Shown here: positions 13,671 to 22,276 of the stretch, piece by piece | Layout: every line of letters starts with the position of its first letter | Position numbering within the stretch: the first letter of the stretch is position 1 | Translations under genes and position numbers: made by a program | Source: Halalkalibacterium halodurans | GTDB taxonomy: Bacteria > Bacillota > Bacilli > Bacillales > Bacillaceae_D | NCBI RefSeq assembly: GCF_004376175.1 | Contig: NZ_SNUY01000007.1 | Span: forward strand, 1-32,000 | Length of the DNA: 32,000 bases | Direction of reading: 5' to 3' | Notes under the pieces: generated by a model | Told to the model about the DNA's origin: nothing | What the model saw: the letters and a program-made list of their open reading frames with translations, nothing else | Database searches by the model: none

Positions 13671-16346
13671 TTATGAATGGTTTGTCCGATCAAAAATGAA
13701 CGATTCAATTCTTGAAATGTGCTTTGTGTAACCGAAGTTTGCCTCTACATATGCTTGCGCTTTTTCTACTTGAGATTCGTAAAAATCCGGGTTGTCCATT
13801 AGTTGTATTATTGTTTCCTGAACATCATCTGGTTCAGCATAAAGTGCAGCATCGCCAAACAACTGCTCATAGATTGGTGGAATAACGACAGGTACCCCTA
13901 CCGCCATCGCCTCGAAAATGACTCGCCCAAACGCTTCAATCCAATCGGGATGCGTATAGTAGACGAATACATCAAGTGTAGCTAGAAACTCCTTTGGATG
14001 CATTTCCCCAAATTCATAGACATACCAGTTTTCAGGTAACTCACCGACTACCTTCTTTGGTGCTGCTGCACCACCAAGAACATGGACTTCAAATGGGGCA
14101 GACTCTGGGTAAACTTTAAAAAGTTCCGTTCGATCGATAGGCCACTTCACATACTGGTCACGAGAATGCCGACCAATTTTGATCTTCTCTGATCGAAGCG
14201 GACGGGATGCCCTTTTCCATTCTTGTACATCGATAATATTGACCCAGTCCTCACTGGCTAAGGAAATCGGATGCAGTTCATGGCTATGATGTGTTAGCAA
14301 AGCTTCGCGGACAAGTGGCCCAATCGGATACCATGTACCTGTCGTCCCGAAATATTCCTTCATACGTTTCGCACAATCAGGAATCGTATACAATGTATTT
14401 CCTTTTTTGCTATAATCCCGCTTCGGCGGCTGATTTACGATGACATTCACACGCTTTGCTTTTACATTAGGTAAATATTTTTGCCACTCCTGTAAAACTG
14501 GGGGGTGACGGATAATCAATAAATCACAGCTAATTTCCTCACCATAGACAACCATTTGTACAAGATCCCCATCGAGAAGCTCGCGGATGTGCGGGTTCAT
14601 TTCTTTACGTGATTGAAAATCATACCGTGACATTTGCATAAGACCCGTCCGAAGCCCTTTTTGTTTCTGCGCCTTAATTTCTTCCACATTCGACATATTG
14701 GTCCCGCCTAGTAGGCGAAACTCGGAAGCAATGATTACATCAAAATGGCGCCGCCCATCAGCTGTTTTTTTCTCCCGCTGTGGCCACATAGGCTCCGGCA
14801 CAGCAAATAAACGGGGTTCCTGCGGGAAATCATAGCGGAGGGACTCTGCCACTCGATGATAGTGCGAGTAACTGTCGAAATACTCTTTACGCACGCCCAT
14901 AAAATATCCGTGAAAGCCAAATGCATGATTTCCGGTCAAAGATCCCTTGGTCTGTCTTTGAAAGGAATATGGACCTGACGCTAAGTCAACAACAGCTTTT
15001 TCACCAAACACTTTTTTTAGGCGGCGTTTAAATTCACCATCAGCTCCAAACCGTACACTGTCCCAAAAACCAAGCTTCTCCATGACAAGATTCTTGCGAA
15101 ACATAAGTGAAGACATGTTTGCAAAAATATATTCTCCCGGCTTCCCTCTTCGAAAAAATGTTAGATCTTCTGTCATCCTTGCTTGCTGAGAAGTATTGGC
15201 AATCACCTGAGGATGTTCCATCAAATGGGTAACTTGCGTTTCAATCTTTGCTGGGTGTGACCAATCATCAGCATCATTAATCGTGACAAACTCGCCTGTC
15301 GCTTGCTGTAATGCTATATTTCTTGCCACATAAGCACCGCTATTGATCTCCGTTTTTAAATACTTCACTCGATCATCGATCGCTGCATAACGCTTGATCG
15401 AAGCGGCTGTGCTGTCAGTGCTGCAGTCGTCAACGACCAAAATCTCTATATTTGTCCAAGTTTGCTGCAAGATCGACTCAATAGATGTAGCAATCCCATC
15501 CTCTGAATTGTACGCAGGGATGATCACCGTTACTTTCGGCTCCATATTAGGTTTAACGTTAGTTGCTTTTGCTGCCACATCAATCGAATCGTACGGTGTT
15601 CGTTCTTTTTCGCCCGTTTGCTTTAGCCTAATAGGGGCAATATTAAAATGTGCTAAAGCTTTATTAATCCATTTGACCCGATCTAAAGGGTGCTCTTCTA
15701 AGTTGGCTGCCGCTAAATACAAATCTGGATGTGGATACTCTTTTATTTTATCGGCTATTCGTTGCTTCCCTTTTTCAATCTCGTCAAGCAATTTATAGCA
15801 CTCAGCCTCAATGATCGCTGCACGCCGTAGAAATGAACGCTCCGCTTTGCCTGCAGTTGCTTGTTGCAAATACGTTAAACATTCCCGAGCATCTGTGCGC
15901 GTATATTGATTTGCATGCCATAAAGCTAGCTCCCAAGCGGCAAGCTGCCTTAAGTAACGATTGTCCGCTTTCAGTAGTCCCCTTAAATCAGCCAAAGCTC
16001 TCTTGGTAAACCCTAGTTCATACAAGCTATATTTCAGTTTCTTTATCCGCTGCTGGGCTTTTTTCTTTTTCCACGATGAACTAAACAGCTGTCTCCAACC
16101 TTTTTTTCTCGTGACAAGTTGAACGATCATTTTAAGCAACTTTTTCACTTGTCTTAGAAAAGCAACTGGCCAGCTGTTTTTTATTCCATAGTAGTAAGTT
16201 TCGAGCGCTCGCAATTTGCGGCGCTCTCGTTCATTCTCTTTCTCCATATTAGAGATCTCTAGTTCTAGCTGCTGTATTTCCGAAAGCAGCTGTTCATTTT
16301 TTCTTTTTCTACCCTCTAATTCAAACTTCTGCTCGTTCATCTTCAT
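13671..16346 (-). CDS. Large bifunctional glycosyltransferase (891 aa): N-terminal coiled coil and helical repeats, GT2 (GT-A) domain, GT4-like (GT-B) domain
   Basis: ORF track 13671-16403. I prefer the ATG at 16346 (MKMNEQKF), 9 nt after GGAGA; it overlaps the upstream stop (16321-16323) by 26 nt. GT2 motifs: KVTVIIPAYNSE, LVVDDCSTD, INDADDW. GT-B motif: HPDWIEAFGRVIFEAMAVGVPVV. Confidence 0.85.
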   Translation of the reverse strand: MKMNEQKFELEGRKRKNEQLLSEIQQLELEISNMEKENERERRKLRALETYYYGIKNSWPVAFLRQVKKLLKMIVQLVTRKKGWRQLFSSSWKKKKAQQRIKKLKYSLYELGFTKRALADLRGLLKADNRYLRQLAAWELALWHANQYTRTDARECLTYLQQATAGKAERSFLRRAAIIEAECYKLLDEIEKGKQRIADKIKEYPHPDLYLAAANLEEHPLDRVKWINKALAHFNIAPIRLKQTGEKERTPYDSIDVAAKATNVKPNMEPKVTVIIPAYNSEDGIATSIESILQQTWTNIEILVVDDCSTDSTAASIKRYAAIDDRVKYLKTEINSGAYVARNIALQQATGEFVTINDADDWSHPAKIETQVTHLMEHPQVIANTSQQARMTEDLTFFRRGKPGEYIFANMSSLMFRKNLVMEKLGFWDSVRFGADGEFKRRLKKVFGEKAVVDLASGPYSFQRQTKGSLTGNHAFGFHGYFMGVRKEYFDSYSHYHRVAESLRYDFPQEPRLFAVPEPMWPQREKKTADGRRHFDVIIASEFRLLGGTNMSNVEEIKAQKQKGLRTGLMQMSRYDFQSRKEMNPHIRELLDGDLVQMVVYGEEISCDLLIIRHPPVLQEWQKYLPNVKAKRVNVIVNQPPKRDYSKKGNTLYTIPDCAKRMKEYFGTTGTWYPIGPLVREALLTHHSHELHPISLASEDWVNIIDVQEWKRASRPLRSEKIKIGRHSRDQYVKWPIDRTELFKVYPESAPFEVHVLGGAAAPKKVVGELPENWYVYEFGEMHPKEFLATLDVFVYYTHPDWIEAFGRVIFEAMAVGVPVVIPPIYEQLFGDAALYAEPDDVQETIIQLMDNPDFYESQVEKAQAYVEANFGYTKHISRIESFIFDRTNHS

Positions 16347-18867
16347 GTAAAAACGTCTCCAATCTTGCAGCATGTTGAGAATAACCAAATTGGTTTTCAA
16401 CATAGATGAGCGCTTTTTCTACCTGGCTTTGATAATATTTATCATCTGCCATGAGCTCCATTACTTTCTCTTGTACTTCATTGATTTCAGCATAAATGGC
16501 AGCCTCACCAAACAGCTTTTCGTATTCATGCGGCACAATGACCGGAACGCCAGTAGCCATTGCTTCAAATACAACTCGACCGAAAGCTTCAACCCAATCT
16601 GGGTGTGTAAAATAAACGAACACGTCCAATTCTGCTAAAAACTCACGCGGATGAACCTCACCAAATTCTCGGACATGCCAATTGGCTGGCAAAGACCCTA
16701 GAACCTTGGTAGGTGACTTAGCACCACCGAGTATATGAACTTCAAAAGGCTCCTTGTCCGGATAAATTTGCAGCATGGTTGCTCGATCCTTTGGCCATTT
16801 TACATATTGGTCCCGAGAGTGGCGCCCGATTTTTATTTTCCCGTCCTTTTCTCGACGTGTAACTCTCTTCCATTCTTTCACATTAATAATATTGACCCAA
16901 TCTTGATCTGAGAAAGGAATCGCTTGCAAATCCTTATGGTGGTGCTCGTATAAAGCTTCCCGTACATTCGGTCCAATCGGGTACCAAATGCCTTTTTTGC
17001 CAAAATAGGCTTGTAGGTGAGCGATACAGCGAGGAAGCTCATATAAAACACTACCGTTGTCACCATAGTCTCGCTGTGGTGGTTGATTCACAATCACGTG
17101 CACACTTTTTGCCTCTACATTTGGCACATAACGCTGCCATTCCTGAAGAATCGGAGGGTGGCGAACGATGAGCACATCACAACTTACCTGCTCTCCGTAG
17201 ACGATCATTTGCACTTGATCGCCATCAATTAACTCCCGAACATTAGGATTGATCGCTTCAACCGAATTAAGATCATAGCGAGATAACTGAATTAAGCCTG
17301 TGCGGAGCCCCATCTCTCTTTGCGCTTTGATTTCTTCCACATTCGACATATTCGTCCCGCCTAACAAGCGGAACTCTGATGCTAAAATGACATCAAAATG
17401 CCGCCGCCCCGCTGATTTTGGCTGACGGTTGGGAAGCATCGGCTCCGGTACAGGAAATGGACGCTCTTTTTGTGGAAAGGAATATCGAAGCCCCTCTTTA
17501 CTCGTTCTATGAAAATGATCATGCGCCTCCGCATACTCTCGGCGCGCCCCCATAAAATAACCCGGAAAACCAAAGGCAGAATGGCTCGTCAACGATTCCC
17601 CTGACTGACGTTGAAAAGATAATGGAGCTGTAGGTAGTTCAACCACAGCCTTTTCTCCAAATGCGAGCTTGATGCGTTTAACAAACTCTGAGTCTCCGGC
17701 AAAGCGGACACAATCCCAGTAGCCCAGCTTGTCCATCGCAGGCTTCCGACGAAACATGAACGATGACATGTTCGCAAAAATGTATAAGCCTGGCTTGCCG
17801 CGACGGTAAAATTTTAAATCATTGGTCGCACGTGCTTGCTGCGAAAAATTCCCAATGATATTCGGGTGCTTTAACAAGTGTCGCACTTGAATTTCAATTT
17901 TTCGCGAATGGGACCAATCGTCTGCATCATTAATCGTGACAAAATCCCCTGTTGCATGCTGTAATGCTATATTTCTTGCCACATAAGCACCACTGTTTGT
18001 TTCTGTTTTTAAATAATGGACTCGATGATCTTGCTCCGCATATTGATGGACAATCGATGCCGTTTCATCCGTACTACAGTCATCGACGACAAAAATTTCA
18101 AGGTTCGTCCATGTTTGTTTTTGCATGGATTCAATTGAGGTTTGAATCACACTCTCAGCATTAAAAGCCGGAATGATAACCGTTACCTTTGGTTGCTCAT
18201 CATTCTCGCTGCTTTCATCAATACCATTAACTCCCAGTGCATCATACGGGCTTTTTTCGTCTGCCTGCTCGGTCAACTCCAACGGTTCCGTCCCATAGTG
18301 CGCAAAGACTTTGTTAATCCATTTCATTCGTTGTGCGACCGTTGTTTCAAGATTGGCTGCAGCTAAATAAAGATCAGGGTGGGGTTGAGTCTCGATCATT
18401 TGTTGCACTAGTTCTTTTCCTTGCTCTCTCTCTCCTAAAAGGTCATAGCACTCAGCCTTAACAATAGCTACAGCACGCAAATCATCACGATCTTTTACAC
18501 CGGTAGTAGCAATGTCAAGATAACGGAGGCAAGCTTTTGCATCTTCCGTCGTATACTGGTTGGCATGCCATAACGCTAACTCCCAGGCAGCCAGACGCTT
18601 CAAGTAAGGCTCGCCGCTTTCACGACAAATGAGCTGGAGGTCCTCCAAAGCTCGATTAGTAAACCCTAGATTGTATAACCGATATTTCAACCGTTCAATT
18701 TTTCGCAACTGTGTCTGTTTCTTCCCAGGCTTAATAACACGTTTGATCGCTTGTTTTTGCTTTTCCGTTAGCAAGCTAGAAAGAAACTGTTTTTGACTTG
18801 TTTTTAAGGCTTTATATAAGAACCAATCTACAAGCCCAATCACACTCTTTTTTACTAATCGTAGCAT
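16321..18867 (-). CDS. Paralog of the adjacent bifunctional GT2 + GT-B glycosyltransferase (848 aa)
   Basis: ORF track 16321-18882. The start is either the ATG at 18867 or the TTG at 18882. Motifs seen: KVTVIIPAFNAE, FVVDDCSTD, INDADDW, HPDWVEAFGRVVFEAMATGVPVI. Long blocks are almost identical to the neighbour, for example RRHFDVI(I/L)ASEFRLLGGTNMSNVEEIKAQ. Confidence 0.85.
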   Translation of the reverse strand: MLRLVKKSVIGLVDWFLYKALKTSQKQFLSSLLTEKQKQAIKRVIKPGKKQTQLRKIERLKYRLYNLGFTNRALEDLQLICRESGEPYLKRLAAWELALWHANQYTTEDAKACLRYLDIATTGVKDRDDLRAVAIVKAECYDLLGEREQGKELVQQMIETQPHPDLYLAAANLETTVAQRMKWINKVFAHYGTEPLELTEQADEKSPYDALGVNGIDESSENDEQPKVTVIIPAFNAESVIQTSIESMQKQTWTNLEIFVVDDCSTDETASIVHQYAEQDHRVHYLKTETNSGAYVARNIALQHATGDFVTINDADDWSHSRKIEIQVRHLLKHPNIIGNFSQQARATNDLKFYRRGKPGLYIFANMSSFMFRRKPAMDKLGYWDCVRFAGDSEFVKRIKLAFGEKAVVELPTAPLSFQRQSGESLTSHSAFGFPGYFMGARREYAEAHDHFHRTSKEGLRYSFPQKERPFPVPEPMLPNRQPKSAGRRHFDVILASEFRLLGGTNMSNVEEIKAQREMGLRTGLIQLSRYDLNSVEAINPNVRELIDGDQVQMIVYGEQVSCDVLIVRHPPILQEWQRYVPNVEAKSVHVIVNQPPQRDYGDNGSVLYELPRCIAHLQAYFGKKGIWYPIGPNVREALYEHHHKDLQAIPFSDQDWVNIINVKEWKRVTRREKDGKIKIGRHSRDQYVKWPKDRATMLQIYPDKEPFEVHILGGAKSPTKVLGSLPANWHVREFGEVHPREFLAELDVFVYFTHPDWVEAFGRVVFEAMATGVPVIVPHEYEKLFGEAAIYAEINEVQEKVMELMADDKYYQSQVEKALIYVENQFGYSQHAARLETFLHEDERAEV

Positions 18868-18883
18868 TTGTACCACCGCCAAC

Positions 18884-20488
18884 TTAATCGTTAATTGAAT
18901 CCTCTGTCGCTGCCTTTTTCTTCGTCCTCACAACACGACGTTTTGTTTTCTTTTTTTCTTCTTTTTCAGGCCCCCTGTATAGCTTTACCGCTTCTTCTGG
19001 ATCTCCGTCGAAACGAACCTGACCTTTTTCTAACCAAATGGCCCGGGTACACACTGACTCTACAAACTTCATACTATGGGAGACAATAATAACCGCCTTT
19101 GCCCGCTCCATCATTTCTTGAATCTTCTCACTCGCCTTTTGCTGGAAGGCTACATCTCCAGTGGAAAGAGCCTCATCAATAATAAAAATATCAGGTTGAA
19201 GCGTTGCAGCGATACTAAAGCCAAGCCGCGATTTCATCCCACTTGAGTATGATTTCACAGGCTTATCCATATGTTTCTCCAACTCTGAGAATGCGACAAT
19301 ATTCGGGTACTCTTGTGCCACTCTTTCCTTTGGTATCCCTAATAACATACCGTTTAAATAAACATTGTCCTTACCCGATAATTGTGCATTAAATCCAGTA
19401 CCATAACTAAGAAGGGACGTCGTTTCACCAGAAAGCTCGAGTTCGCCCTCATCAGGTGTCAGAATCTTCGTCAGTAGTTTACACAACGTGCTTTTTCCGG
19501 CTCCATTATGACCGATAATTGCTACGACCTCCCCTTCCTTAATATCAAAACTAACATTTTTAAGCGCCCAAAACGTTTCATTTTTAAAATTGAAAGACAT
19601 CCCTATATTTTCAGCTTTAACCACCGTTCGCTCTTTCACGTTCGCCTCGGTCTTTTTTAATTCCAGACGTTTTCGAGGTCTTCGTACTTTCACTGGAATC
19701 GTTTCTTTGTATTTTTCGATGACCTCTGCCGGCTCACCAATCGCACGGATTTCACCTCGATCAAGCCAAAGGAGGCGATCACAATTTTTCCTCGCATAGC
19801 GTAAACTATGAGTCACGAGGATGACCATCTTTGCCTTTGAGACAAGCTCTTTCATTTTTGCCGCAGCTTTTTTACCGAAAGCTGCGTCCCCCGTATTTAA
19901 CGCTTCATCGAGGATGAGGATTTCTGGTTCGAGAAACGCAGCTACGCTAAACCCTAGTCGGGCCTTCATCCCGCTCGAATAATATTTCATCGGTTGGTCA
20001 ATAAATGAACCGAGACCAGAAAATTCATGAATTTCATCAATAAATTGGTCAATTTGATCTTTTTCAATTCCGAGCATCATTCCATTTAAATACGCGTTTT
20101 CTCGTCCTGTGAGTTCCTTTTTAAACCCCATTCCTAAAGAAAATAGAGCAGAAACACGCCCGTCCACATAAAGCTCTCCTTCATCAGGCTTCAATATCCC
20201 TGAGAGCATTTTACAAAGCGTTGTTTTCCCCGCACCATTTGAACCGATGATTCCAAGGATTTCACCTTTGTACCCAGTAAAATCAAGGTTGCGCAGCGGC
20301 CAAACGATTTTGCTTTCTTCTTGGCCCTCGTTTGTCTTGCTTTTTCGACTAAACCAATTAAAAATATGCGACTTATAGTCATCGGTACGGTAGCCTGAAT
20401 GAAAAGAGACACCGAGGTTAGTCGCCTGAATCACGACTTCATTTGCTTCTTTTATTTGTTTGTCTTGATTCGTCATAGATAAAGTCAT
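18884..20488 (-). CDS. TagH/Wzt-like polysaccharide-export ABC ATPase with two fused nucleotide-binding domains
   Basis: The ATG at 20488 lies 9 nt after AGAGG. NBD1 motifs: GIIGSNGAGKTT, YSSGMKARLGFS, ILILDEAL, VTHS. NBD2 motifs: AIIGHNGAGKST, YSSGMKSRLGFS, IFIIDEAL, VSHS. A basic linker and a basic C-terminal tail (KKKTKRRVVRTKKK) are present. Confidence 0.85.
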   Translation of the reverse strand: MTLSMTNQDKQIKEANEVVIQATNLGVSFHSGYRTDDYKSHIFNWFSRKSKTNEGQEESKIVWPLRNLDFTGYKGEILGIIGSNGAGKTTLCKMLSGILKPDEGELYVDGRVSALFSLGMGFKKELTGRENAYLNGMMLGIEKDQIDQFIDEIHEFSGLGSFIDQPMKYYSSGMKARLGFSVAAFLEPEILILDEALNTGDAAFGKKAAAKMKELVSKAKMVILVTHSLRYARKNCDRLLWLDRGEIRAIGEPAEVIEKYKETIPVKVRRPRKRLELKKTEANVKERTVVKAENIGMSFNFKNETFWALKNVSFDIKEGEVVAIIGHNGAGKSTLCKLLTKILTPDEGELELSGETTSLLSYGTGFNAQLSGKDNVYLNGMLLGIPKERVAQEYPNIVAFSELEKHMDKPVKSYSSGMKSRLGFSIAATLQPDIFIIDEALSTGDVAFQQKASEKIQEMMERAKAVIIVSHSMKFVESVCTRAIWLEKGQVRFDGDPEEAVKLYRGPEKEEKKKTKRRVVRTKKKAATEDSIND

Positions 20489-20503
20489 TAGAAAAACCTC
20501 TTT

Positions 20504-21274
20504 TTATAAAGCTTTAATGATTTTATGTTCGTTTCGACTGTAATAGCGAATAAGCAATATGATGGCAACGATCGATGTTATGGCAATAATGGACAGGCTG
20601 AAAAATGGTGGGCTTTCATGCCACAAGAGAACAGATCGATACGAATAGATAATAACGGCGACTGGGTTAATATCAAAGATCCAGCTATATTGCCCAAAGT
20701 CTCGATTAAAGATGATGGCAGATCCGTAAAAGAAAATCCGCAAAATATGACCTAATATGTTATCGATGTCGCGAACAAATACACAAATATAGGCAACGAA
20801 CAAACTGATTGCGACTAAAAACAACAGCTGTACTAAAATAATAAGCGGCAAATAGACCACTTGCCAGCCAGGAGTGACTTGAAACACTAATAAAAAGATC
20901 GCAATGATAATAAGACCAAACAAAAAGTTAAAGGTTTGAGTCGCCGTCATCGCAAGAGGAAAAATGGACTTTGGTAAATAAACTTGATTAATGATCGATG
21001 AATATTTCGTAATCGACTTTGCTGATGTATTGACAGTTGTATTTATCCAGCGCCAACCAACTAATCCAATCACTAAGAAAACGGCAAAATCATCCCCACC
21101 ACGACCTAGCAGCACGCCAATAAGGAAGTAATAGATCACTACGTTAAGGAGCGGATCTAATAACCACCAGAAGTACCCTAAGTAACTATTCCGATGCTCC
21201 GCTTTCAGCCCTGATTTTACAAGGTAAACTAAAAGATCTTTACGTTTTAATAATTCATTTATATATTCACGCAT
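20504..21274 (-). CDS. ABC-2 type (TagG/Wzm-like) polymer-export permease
   Basis: ORF track 20504-21301. I prefer the ATG at 21274 (MREYINELL), 7 nt after GGTGGAGA. The N-terminus reads ...AEHRNSYLGYFWWLLDPLL, followed by about six hydrophobic segments. The stop lies 15 nt before the ATPase start. Confidence 0.8.
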   Translation of the reverse strand: MREYINELLKRKDLLVYLVKSGLKAEHRNSYLGYFWWLLDPLLNVVIYYFLIGVLLGRGGDDFAVFLVIGLVGWRWINTTVNTSAKSITKYSSIINQVYLPKSIFPLAMTATQTFNFLFGLIIIAIFLLVFQVTPGWQVVYLPLIILVQLLFLVAISLFVAYICVFVRDIDNILGHILRIFFYGSAIIFNRDFGQYSWIFDINPVAVIIYSYRSVLLWHESPPFFSLSIIAITSIVAIILLIRYYSRNEHKIIKAL

Positions 21275-21394
21275 AAGTGTTTCTCCACCGCCATTCTTCA
21301 TTCATCAACCTAAACAACTACACTAGAAAAACATTGTTCATGGAAGCTATCGTTTTTCTTATCCTTCCAACCTACTAAAGAGAGTAAATTTTCT

Positions 21395-21428
21395 TAAAGA
21401 TGTAAGAAAGAACGGAAGATTTCCGTTC
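21395..21428 (-). terminator. Possible weak internal terminator or attenuator between the small-GT genes and the export genes
   Basis: aacggaa-gat-ttccgtt (21411-21427) forms a perfect 7-bp stem. On the minus strand it is followed by a T-rich but interrupted tail, CTTTCTTACATCTTT. The stem is short and the tail imperfect. Confidence 0.3.
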
Positions 21429-21491
21429 ACCATACCCCATTATCACACACTGACAGCAGATGTCTAGGTAAAAGTTTTTGACAATCATTAA

Positions 21492-22265
21492 TCATTTCGA
21501 TAAATACTTTTTTAACGATCGCCAGACATAGTGCATGAAGTACCATCCACTCTTTACAAAGCTTAGCTTTTCATTTTCACGATACAGGCGCCAATTTTGC
21601 TTCGCCATTTTCCACTTATTATGTGAAACCGAATTGTGCACCACCCGATACTTCGCTAATACATCCTGTAAGCCATAGGCAATAAATCCTCGCTTGCATA
21701 AATGTAACCATAGCGCATAATCTTGCCGGGACCGCATATTCACCATTTGGACATGACCCGTTTTTTCTTGATCAAGCATGACCGTCAGGCAACCGATAAC
21801 ATTTTGCTTTAATAACTCATGGTAATCAACGTTTTCCGGTACGTTCACAACCTTACCCGTTTCAGATCCATCTTCTGTCATTGTCTTGTAACTTGTAAAA
21901 GAAAACGCCACATTTCGTTTTTGCATAAATTCAAGCTGCCGTTCGAGTTTTTCAGGTAGCCACTGATCATCACTATCTAAAAAAGCTAAATAACGGCCGC
22001 GCGCATGTTGAATCGCTGTATTTCTACTTACCGCAGGCCCGCTATTTTTTTCTAATTGAATCAACCTAATCCGTTCGTCTTGAGACGCATAACTCTCAAC
22101 GATTTGAACGGTTCGATCGGTGGAACCATCGTCCACAATGACCATTTCCCAATTCGAAAATGTTTGGTTTAAAACAGATTCGATGGTGTCTCGAATAAAC
22201 ATCTCCGCATTATAGCAAGGGGTTATAATTGAAACGACTGGACCATCTACATTTATTCTTTCCAT
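21492..22265 (-). CDS. Family-2 glycosyltransferase, TuaG-like
   Basis: Motifs seen: VSIITPCYNAEMFIRDTIESVLNQTFSNWEMVIVDDGSTDRT and FLDSDDQWLPEKLERQLEFM. This is the classic GT2 DxD architecture. I recall it resembling the teichuronic-acid TuaG type. Confidence 0.8.
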   Translation of the reverse strand: MERINVDGPVVSIITPCYNAEMFIRDTIESVLNQTFSNWEMVIVDDGSTDRTVQIVESYASQDERIRLIQLEKNSGPAVSRNTAIQHARGRYLAFLDSDDQWLPEKLERQLEFMQKRNVAFSFTSYKTMTEDGSETGKVVNVPENVDYHELLKQNVIGCLTVMLDQEKTGHVQMVNMRSRQDYALWLHLCKRGFIAYGLQDVLAKYRVVHNSVSHNKWKMAKQNWRLYRENEKLSFVKSGWYFMHYVWRSLKKYLSK

Positions 22266-22276
22266 TTATATCACCA

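Noticed and set aside
15394-15798. A 134-aa plus-strand ORF, plus other antisense ORFs in the track. The others are 3390-3614, 3973-4221, 4419-4640, 5160-5348, 6747-7103, 11512-11778, 12384-13616, 13803-13985, 16372-16638, 17952-18366, 18895-19799, 20525-20755, 22591-23031, 24102-24326 and 26821-27222.
   Set aside because: All lie inside, and antisense to or out of frame with, well-supported domain-bearing genes. They lack RBS motifs and translate to low-complexity or Ser/Leu/Phe-rich sequence typical of shadow ORFs.
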